From the NCBI GenBank assembly GCA_046048995.1, contig JBJOEZ010000016.1:7243-71242 (forward strand): DNA of 64,000 bases, in the 5' to 3' direction. The translations under genes and the position numbers were made by a program. The stretch is from Verrucomicrobiota bacterium (GTDB lineage Bacteria > Verrucomicrobiota > Verrucomicrobiia > Limisphaerales > JADJPG01). A model generated the notes under the pieces. It was not told where the DNA came from. It worked only from the letters and a program-made list of their open reading frames with translations, and searched no databases. Shown in pieces: positions 51,569-59,841 of this stretch; position 1 is the first letter of the stretch, and each line of letters begins with the position of its first letter.

Positions 51569-54313
51569 TCAGGGCGACTGGACCGAACGATAGAGGAAGC
51601 CGCCGGGCGGCGGGTTGGTGTCGGTGAAGAGGACGGGGTTGACCGCGCTGGTGCCGGTATACACCGGGGTCCAGTGGAGCAGGTTGCTCGAGCGCTGCAC
51701 CGTGTAGGGCCACGAGGGGGTGACATTGAACTGGAATCTCAACGCCTGGTTGGTGCGCGCCAGGCTCTGCAGGGTCATCGGCACCAGCAACCGGTAATTC
51801 AGCTTGGCCGTCCCGTTGGCCCCCGCCACCCCGTCCACCGCGATGAAGTAAAGCGTGTTGGCCACAGCCGGGAAACTCAGCGAACTGCTCAGCCCGTTGG
51901 TCCCGCTGTTGTTGTCGCAGGCGACCGGCGTCAGCGTGGAAAATGTGCAGCACCCCGTGTAGACGGCCAGGAGCGTGTCGAAGCTGCTGCCGTCCGTGTT
52001 CAGGTAGAGGGTTCCGTTGGTGGGCGGGATGTAGGCATACCACTTGGAGTTGCCCCCCACCACGCCGCAGTGAACCGGTTCCCCGTTCTGGCCGCCGGTC
52101 CCCACCGTGCTGAAGGTCTGCGACCCGGTGTAGCCCAGCACCTGCGTGGCCGGCTCCAGCAGGGGCGCATTCCCGGAAAGGGCCGCCACCAGGTCCTGGA
52201 ACTTGTCGTAGGCCTTGACCTGGGGCTGGCCCGGCCCATCCAACTCCCGCAGGTCCAGGTCCACCGCACGGCTGAAGTTCGTGTAGCTGTTGTTCGCCAC
52301 GGCCACAAAATAGGATCCGATGTTCTCCGGGCGCACCTCCAGCAGGGTCAGCGTGTCGAGGATGGCGTTGGGAATCGGTTGGCCATTGAAATACCACTGG
52401 TAACGCAGGCTCCCGCCCACCGCCTGCACGGAGAATGCCGTGGCCTCCCCCTCCGCCACCGTCCGGCTGGAGGGCTGTTGCAGGATGGTCGGGAACGGCT
52501 CCACGGAGGGAAGGAAACTCCAGCCCAGCAGGATGTCCCCCAGGTCCCCGTCCAGACCGTCCACCACAATCCGGTAGGCCACGTTGGGCTGCACGTCGAA
52601 GCTCACCTCGCTGGTCAGGTAACCGCCGCGGTCATCGTCGCTCGCCACCTCCGTCAACCCGCCCAGCGCGTCGCCCACATAGACCGCCAGCAGCGTGTCA
52701 AAGCTGCTCCCGCGCGTGCTGAACACGGCCACCCCCGACTGCGTGGCCCGGTAGTTCACCCAGACGGAACGCCCGCCCGTGCGGCCGGCATGCCGCGGTT
52801 CCCCCGCCTGCAGGCTGGCCCCATCGTTGGTGCCCCGGATCAGGCCGTCCGGCAGGGTCAGGGTAAGCCCCCCGGGAAACCCGTCCGCCAACTCCGCATA
52901 CGGCAGGGCCAGCCGAATGTCAGCCGCATCGCTCACGGCCGCCCCGCCCGGGTTGCTCACCACCACCCGGTAACTTCCCGCCTGGGCCGCCTGCACGTCC
53001 GTCAACTCCAGCACCGGCCCGTTGGCCCCGGGAATCGCGTTCCCGTTCAGCAGCCAGCGATAAGCCAGCGGGGCCGTCCCATCCGCCGCCACCGACAACG
53101 TCCAGTTGCCGCCCCGGGCCACCGTGTCGCCCGCCGGCTGCAGCAGGATGCGCGGCGGGCGCAACACGGTCAGCACCGCCACGGCGCTGGTCGTGCTGCC
53201 GAATGGATTGGTCACGATCGCCTGGTACTCCCCCGCCGCCGCCGGCTGGACGTTCGTGAGGCTGAGCAGCGGCTCGGAGCCAAGGCCCGGCGGCAATGCC
53301 GCGCCCTGGAACAGCCATTGCACCACCAGGGGAGGCGCGCCGGTGGCGCCCACCCGGAACTGCGCCGTGCCTCCCTGCACCACCGTCACGGACTGCGGCT
53401 GGTTGGTGATGCCCGGCGGCAACTGCACGGTCACGCGCGAACTCAGGCTGGTGCGCACCACCGTCCCAAACGCCATCGCCACCGAGTAGGTTCCCGCGGA
53501 CGCCGCGGTCACGTCCTTCAGGGCGAGCGCCGCATTGGTGGCGTCGGCAAGCGGGGAGTCGTTCTGCGACCACTGGAAGCCGGTCGGCTGCGCAAACAGT
53601 CCCACCGCCGCCACCGAGGCGTTGGTGCCCAGGCGCAGCCGCAGCCGGGCCGGCAGGGCCAGGGCCCGCGGCTGGTTGGCCAACTCCACAAAGACACCCC
53701 GCCCAATCTCAATCACCGGCTCCACATCCCATCCCTGCAACCCATACCGGCTCACCCGCGAGGCCTGCGCGGTGCCGGGCGGCAAGGGATTGCGCGGGCC
53801 AGTCGATCCATCAAAGAAATAAACGGCGTCCCCCACCTCGGGCCGGAAACCCATCAACCCTTCAAAGCTCACCGGCGCCAGCGCCTGGCTGCCCACCAGG
53901 TTGTTGCCCAGGGCCGACTTGCTGAGCGGCTCAAAATCGCGGGTCAAACCGGTGACCGTGATCGTCCGCTGCGACTGCCCCGGCGGCAGGAACAAAAATG
54001 CCCCCTCACCCGGTCGCAACGTGCCCGCAAAACCGGTGTCCACCATCCACATCCCGCCGCCCGACACCCGGTTGATCACGTAATCGCCCAAGGCGGGATC
54101 ATACTTGGCCAGCGCCGTCCCCTCGGGCAGGTCGGGCAGGATCTGGCTCAACCGGTTCTCGCCCACGTCCAGCGGATTGGCAATGGCCGTCCAACCAGGG
54201 TTCACCCGCAGCGTGTAGCTGGCCACATAGTTGACCTCCTCCGCACGCGCCCATGTCGCCATCAACAGTCCCAGGACCAGCCCGGGAGCGAGGCGAAACA
54301 AACTTCGTTGCAT
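51569..54313 (-). CDS. Secreted Ig-like / PPC-like repeat protein with FYR-type tail
   Basis: Start chosen at ATG 54313 (MQRSLFRLAPGLVLGLLMATWARAEE, a signal peptide). At least four Ig units of the same YQW/YRW...GA.N....L.L..VQ...AG.Y.V.V.N type as giant gene 1. Two ~130-aa units with ..GSSFDTLLAVY.G......L..VA.D[DN]..G......[SL].F....N..Y.I.VDG..G..G (pre-peptidase C-terminal-like). Tail ..LRFQFNVTPSWPYTVQRSSNLLHWTPVY...GGFLYRSVQSP-stop. Confidence 0.8.
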   Translation of the reverse strand: MQRSLFRLAPGLVLGLLMATWARAEEVNYVASYTLRVNPGWTAIANPLDVGENRLSQILPDLPEGTALAKYDPALGDYVINRVSGGGMWMVDTGFAGTLRPGEGAFLFLPPGQSQRTITVTGLTRDFEPLSKSALGNNLVGSQALAPVSFEGLMGFRPEVGDAVYFFDGSTGPRNPLPPGTAQASRVSRYGLQGWDVEPVIEIGRGVFVELANQPRALALPARLRLRLGTNASVAAVGLFAQPTGFQWSQNDSPLADATNAALALKDVTAASAGTYSVAMAFGTVVRTSLSSRVTVQLPPGITNQPQSVTVVQGGTAQFRVGATGAPPLVVQWLFQGAALPPGLGSEPLLSLTNVQPAAAGEYQAIVTNPFGSTTSAVAVLTVLRPPRILLQPAGDTVARGGNWTLSVAADGTAPLAYRWLLNGNAIPGANGPVLELTDVQAAQAGSYRVVVSNPGGAAVSDAADIRLALPYAELADGFPGGLTLTLPDGLIRGTNDGASLQAGEPRHAGRTGGRSVWVNYRATQSGVAVFSTRGSSFDTLLAVYVGDALGGLTEVASDDDRGGYLTSEVSFDVQPNVAYRIVVDGLDGDLGDILLGWSFLPSVEPFPTILQQPSSRTVAEGEATAFSVQAVGGSLRYQWYFNGQPIPNAILDTLTLLEVRPENIGSYFVAVANNSYTNFSRAVDLDLRELDGPGQPQVKAYDKFQDLVAALSGNAPLLEPATQVLGYTGSQTFSTVGTGGQNGEPVHCGVVGGNSKWYAYIPPTNGTLYLNTDGSSFDTLLAVYTGCCTFSTLTPVACDNNSGTNGLSSSLSFPAVANTLYFIAVDGVAGANGTAKLNYRLLVPMTLQSLARTNQALRFQFNVTPSWPYTVQRSSNLLHWTPVYTGTSAVNPVLFTDTNPPPGGFLYRSVQSP
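51572..51742 (-). other. C-terminal 'FYR' tail module
   Basis: LRFQFNVTPSWPYTVQRSSNLLHWTPVYTGTSAVNPVLFTDTNPPPGGFLYRSVQSP-stop. Confidence 0.45.
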
Positions 54314-54601
54314 GGCACGACGCACAGCATCCGTCCCCAGGACGCCCACTCGCTCAGACCATGGGAAAACCGGGAACCAGCTTAACCAACGTGGCTCACC
54401 GGGAACCCGCCCGCAGCCCAGGCCAAACTTCGGCCGGACCAGAAGGCCCCTCTGCCCACAAAGGGACCCGCGCACAAGGCACCGCACAGGAAAACGGAAC
54501 GGCCGCATGGAAGCGGAAACCCCGGCGAAAGTCAACCGGAACCCTCCACGGGAAACCCTTGTCCACGGCCACTTTAGCTGTCCACCCCCGCCCCGCCCCC
54601 C

Positions 54602-55951
54602 CTACTGGACGGGCAGGCGCAACTCCAACTGCCGCCCGTCACGCCACACCCGGACCCGCAGCTGGGTACCCATGGGGTGGTTCCGCAGGATCCAGGCGAT
54701 GAGTTCGCCCTCGCCCAGGCGCCGTGCCGACAGGTCCACGCCTGGCGCGGATTCGATGCCGACCAGCACGTCGTCCTTCCGGAAGCCCGCCCGCTTGGCT
54801 GCCGCATGCTTGCCATACTCGCCCACGTGTTTCACCCGCAGCGCCAGTTGCCCCAACTCGAGACCGCGGGCCCGCCGATCGGCGTCGGGCAAGTCCTCCA
54901 GCACCAACCCGCCCGTCGCCATGCCCCGCATGCCCCAGGTGCCCACCCGCCGCGAGATGTCCGTCCGCTCCCGCCACCCCTCGGGCAATGCCAGGACCAC
55001 GGTCCGGGTCAAACCGGATCGCTCCACCACCGCTTCCAGCCGGGCCGACCGCCCCAACCCGTGCAACACCCAACTCACATCCGCCGCCGACACCAAGGGT
55101 TGCCCGCCCAGTTCGCGAATCTCATCGCCCACCCGCAGGCCGGCCCGCTCCGCGGTCGAACCTGCCTCCACTCCTTCCACCCGCGCCGCCGCGTCCGCCG
55201 CCAGCACCAGGCCCAGGACCGCCGGCCCCGGATGCGGAAACAACAGCGCGTCCGGCATCGGCTCCCGCTGGTTGCGGACCTGCAGCCGCAGGGCATCCGT
55301 CACCTGGTGGCAATGAACACAGCTCGGCACCACCTTGCCGTTCCAGTCCAGTTCCTCCCGATACTTTCCCGCCAGGGTCGGTATGGCCAAGGGGGTCCGA
55401 AACGGACCCGGCTTCCCCTGCTTGCCGGCCAGCGCTGCCCGGTTGCCCGGATATCCCCCATGCAGGCGCAGCACCCCTTCCAGCGCCCGCCGAAACCCGG
55501 CCGTCGCCTGGTCCTGCGCGTTGGTCTGGTGCGTCCACGACCCATACCGCCCATACACGGTGCCGTCCCCGTTGAAGAACAGCGTCGAAAAGGACAAGTC
55601 GTAGTCAAACTGGAACCGGGCCAGGTCCAGCGTGTTGGCGTTGATCAGGCGCACCCGCACAAACCGCTCCAGCAGGGGCGCCAGTTCCGTCTCCTCCAGC
55701 AGCACCTGTGCATCCAGGCCCGCACAGGCCAGGCAGGGCACGCAGCGCAGGACCACCAGCAGCGGTTTCCCGGTCCGCCGCGCCTCGGCAAACCCCGCCT
55801 CCACATCGTTGTAAATCCAGCGCGCATCCTGCTCGAGCGCGCTCCGGTCCCGCCGCACCGCTCCCTCCCGATCCTTGACCGCCTCCGCCCACGCCGCCAC
55901 CGGCAGCCACCACGCCAGGACCAGCCCGGCCATCACCTCGGGGAATCGCAT
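54602..55951 (-). CDS. Secreted thioredoxin-fold plus double-PDZ protein with CxxC and CxxCH motifs
   Basis: Start chosen at ATG 55951 (MRFPEVMAGLVLAWWLPVAAWAEA, a signal peptide). ..KPLLVVLRCVPCLAC.. (CxxCxxC in a Trx-like context). SCVHCHQV (CxxCH) is encoded at 55303-55326. Two PDZ-like segments (..VEAGSTAERAGLRVGDEIRELGG.. and ..AAKRAGFRKDDVLVGIE..). The rest of the 1272-aa track ORF is antisense to the next gene. Confidence 0.75.
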   Translation of the reverse strand: MRFPEVMAGLVLAWWLPVAAWAEAVKDREGAVRRDRSALEQDARWIYNDVEAGFAEARRTGKPLLVVLRCVPCLACAGLDAQVLLEETELAPLLERFVRVRLINANTLDLARFQFDYDLSFSTLFFNGDGTVYGRYGSWTHQTNAQDQATAGFRRALEGVLRLHGGYPGNRAALAGKQGKPGPFRTPLAIPTLAGKYREELDWNGKVVPSCVHCHQVTDALRLQVRNQREPMPDALLFPHPGPAVLGLVLAADAAARVEGVEAGSTAERAGLRVGDEIRELGGQPLVSAADVSWVLHGLGRSARLEAVVERSGLTRTVVLALPEGWRERTDISRRVGTWGMRGMATGGLVLEDLPDADRRARGLELGQLALRVKHVGEYGKHAAAKRAGFRKDDVLVGIESAPGVDLSARRLGEGELIAWILRNHPMGTQLRVRVWRDGRQLELRLPVQ

Positions 55952-56070
55952 GCCCACAGCCTGCGCCGCGCCGCGCACGCCTGGCAAGCCAACGCCGCGC
56001 GGCGCACGCCCCCGCCCCGCGGCTGGACCGCACATCGAATGCGCGCGGTGTCGATGCCGTCTGCATTGGC

Positions 56071-56101
56071 CGCCCCGCGGCGCCCGGACCGCCGCGGGGC
56101 G
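56071..56101. promoter_or_regulatory. Perfect 12-bp inverted repeat with 7-nt spacer in a divergent intergenic region (operator or 5'-leader hairpin candidate)
   Basis: CGCCCCGCGGCG-cccggac-CGCCGCGGGGCG, verified base by base. It ends 21 nt before the ATG at 56123 and sits between divergent genes starting at 55951 (-) and 56123 (+). Function unknown. Confidence 0.35.
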
Positions 56102-56122
56102 GCACTCTTGCCCAACCCACGA

Positions 56123-58459
56123 ATGATGAACCCGCGCCCCGCCCGCCGGCTCGCCCTTGTCCTCAGCCTCCTGTCGCTCGTCTTCGGGTCCGGCCCCGCC
56201 CCGGCCAAGGCTGCGCCCGACGGCCGGCAAATCTACCGCAAGCTCTGCGCCGAATGCCATGGCCGGAGCGGCGAGGGAGTCAAAGGGGAATACGAGGAGG
56301 CCCTCCACGGCGATTGGTCGGTCGAGAAGTTGACCCGTTACATCGACCGGACCATGCCGGAGGGCAACCCGGGCCTCTGCGTGGGCGAGGATGCCGCCGC
56401 CGTGGCCCGTTTCATCCACGACACCTTCTACTCCCGGGAGGCCCGCGCCCGCCAGACCCCGCCCCGGGTCGAACTGGTGCGCCTGACCAACCGCCAATAC
56501 GCCACCACGCTCGCCGACCTCTTCAAGTCGTTCGCCGACCCGGACGCCCGCCCGGGTGCCGAACGCGGCCTCCGCGCCAGCTATCGCAACCGGTCCAAGG
56601 GACCCGACGCCGGCAAGGCCAGCTTTGAACGCCTCGATACCACCATCGATTTCAACTTCGGCAAGGGTTCCCCCTTTGTCGATCCCAACGCCCCCAAGTC
56701 CACCAACGGGGTCCGCACCACCAACGAGTTCAGCCTGAGCTGGCGCGGCGCCCTGCTCGCCCCCGAGTCCGGCGACTACGAGTTTGTCGTCGAGTCGCCC
56801 AACGGCGTCCGGCTCTGGGTCAACGACGAGGACCAACCGCTCATCGACGCCGGAGTGGCCTCGGCCAACCTCACCGAGCACCGCGGCCGCCGGCGGCTGC
56901 TCGGCGGCCGTGCCTACCCCCTGCGCCTGGAGTTCCAGCGCGCCGCCCGCGATCCCGAGGCCCGCATCCGCCTGCTCTGGAAGCCCCCCCACGGATCGCT
57001 CCAACCCCTGCCCTCCCGGCACCTGGCCCCCATCAACCTCGGGTCCACGTTCGTCATCGCCACCCCCTTCCCGGCCGATGACAGCAGCGTCGGCTACGAA
57101 CGGGGGGTCATGGTCTCCAAGGAATGGGATGACGCCACCACCCAGGCTGCCATCGAGGCCGCCCGTCATGTGGAACGGCATCTCGACCGTCTCTCCCGCA
57201 GCCGCCCCGGCACCGCCGACCGCAACGACCAACTGCGGAAGTTCGCCGCCCAGTTCACGGAGGCCGCGTTCCGGCGCCCCCTCACGCCCGAACAACGGCG
57301 CGTCCACGTGGAGGCCCACTTCAACCCCCGGACCCCGCCCGAGGAGTCGGTCAAGCGGGTCGTCCTGCTCGCGCTCAAGTCCCCCAGGTTCCTTTACCTC
57401 GGCCTCGAGCGTGCCAAGCCGGACGACTTCGAGGTGGCTTCCCGTCTGTCCTACGCCCTCTGGGACTCCCTCCCGGACCGCGACCTGCTCCGCCTGGCCG
57501 CCGAGGGCTCCCTCCGCAACCCGGACACGGTCAATGCCCAGGCCCGGCGCCTGCTCGCCGACCCCCGCGCCCGCGCCAAGATCCGCCATTTCCTCCACCA
57601 CTGGCTGCAGGTCAACCATGTCGATGATCTCTCCAAGGATGCCGAACTTTACCCGGGGTTCACCCCCCAGGTCATCGCGGACCTGCGGGCCTCCCTCGAC
57701 CTCTTCCTCGACGATGTGGTCTGGGGCCCTGGCTCCGACTACCGCCGCCTCCTCTTGGAGGACGATTTCTGGGTCAACCAACGGCTGGCCGGGTTCTACG
57801 GGGTGGGCCAGGTCGAGACCGACGAGTTCCGCCGCGTCACCCTCGACCCGTCCCAGCGCTCCGGGGTCATCACTCATCCCTACCTGCTGGCCGCCTTCGC
57901 CTATTCCAAGTCCTCCTCCCCCATCCATCGCGGTGTCTTCCTCACCCGCAACATCGTCGGCCGGGCCCTGCGCCCACCCCCCATCGCCACCGCCTTCAAG
58001 GACGCCGACTTCGACCCCAAGCTCACCATGCGCGAGAAGGTCGCCGAACTGACCCGGCCCCAGGCCTGCCAAAGCTGCCACTCCGTCATCAATCCGCTCG
58101 GGTTCAGCCTCGAGCACTTCGACGCCGTCGGCCGCTTCCGCACCCGGGAGGGCAACCGCCCCATCGACGCGGCCAGTGACTACACCACCGACGACGGGTC
58201 CGTCGTGAAGCTCAAGGGGGCCCGGGATGTGGCCGAGTTCGCCGTCGGCAGCGAGCACGCCCACCGCGCCTTCATCGAGCAACTCTTCCACCAGCTCATC
58301 AAGCAACCCGTCCTCGCCTACGGCTCCGACACCCCCGCCCAACTGCAGGCCGCCTTCGTCCAGTCCGGGTTCAACATCCAGCAGTTGGCCATCAACATAA
58401 CCACCCGGGCCGCCCTGCACGGGGTCGCCCCGCGCCCCACCCCCGCCGCCAGGCGCTGA
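56123..58459 (+). CDS. Cytochrome c / PA14-like / DUF1587-DUF1592-DUF1595-DUF1588-DUF1585-type protein (Planctomycete 'PSD' family)
   Basis: Start chosen at ATG 56123 (MMNPRPARRLALVLSLLSLVFGSGPAPAKA, a signal peptide). Heme motif KLCAECHG. PA14-like ..FSLSWRGALLAPESGDYEFVVESPNGVRLWVNDE...YPLRLEF. Later blocks ..HPYLLAAFAYSKSSSPIHRGVF.. and ..CQSCHSVINPLGFSLEHFDAVGRFR.. are typical of this family. The track ORF begins at 54677 as an antisense extension. Confidence 0.8.
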   Translation: MMNPRPARRLALVLSLLSLVFGSGPAPAKAAPDGRQIYRKLCAECHGRSGEGVKGEYEEALHGDWSVEKLTRYIDRTMPEGNPGLCVGEDAAAVARFIHDTFYSREARARQTPPRVELVRLTNRQYATTLADLFKSFADPDARPGAERGLRASYRNRSKGPDAGKASFERLDTTIDFNFGKGSPFVDPNAPKSTNGVRTTNEFSLSWRGALLAPESGDYEFVVESPNGVRLWVNDEDQPLIDAGVASANLTEHRGRRRLLGGRAYPLRLEFQRAARDPEARIRLLWKPPHGSLQPLPSRHLAPINLGSTFVIATPFPADDSSVGYERGVMVSKEWDDATTQAAIEAARHVERHLDRLSRSRPGTADRNDQLRKFAAQFTEAAFRRPLTPEQRRVHVEAHFNPRTPPEESVKRVVLLALKSPRFLYLGLERAKPDDFEVASRLSYALWDSLPDRDLLRLAAEGSLRNPDTVNAQARRLLADPRARAKIRHFLHHWLQVNHVDDLSKDAELYPGFTPQVIADLRASLDLFLDDVVWGPGSDYRRLLLEDDFWVNQRLAGFYGVGQVETDEFRRVTLDPSQRSGVITHPYLLAAFAYSKSSSPIHRGVFLTRNIVGRALRPPPIATAFKDADFDPKLTMREKVAELTRPQACQSCHSVINPLGFSLEHFDAVGRFRTREGNRPIDAASDYTTDDGSVVKLKGARDVAEFAVGSEHAHRAFIEQLFHQLIKQPVLAYGSDTPAQLQAAFVQSGFNIQQLAINITTRAALHGVAPRPTPAARR

Positions 58460-58545
58460 ATCCGCCTCCCCCGGGGCAGGCCGGGAAGCGGCTTCCGGGC
58501 AAACTTTGGGCTTTGAGCTTGGCCCGGCCCGGCTATCGTCCCGCC

Positions 58546-59784
<1,239 letters not shown>

Positions 59785-59841
59785 GCCCCGCCCAGGACGA
59801 CCGCCCGCTTTTCCCAACCGCCACCCCGACCGCCCCACCCC

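Noticed and set aside
55952-58420. Upper two-thirds of the 1272-aa minus-strand track ORF (54602..58420)
   Set aside because: It lies antisense to the well-supported cytochrome c/DUF1592-type CDS. Its translation is low-complexity G/A/V/E/D-rich with no motifs. This is the typical stop-free antisense frame of a high-GC3 gene. Only the last 449 codons (54602-55951) form a credible protein.
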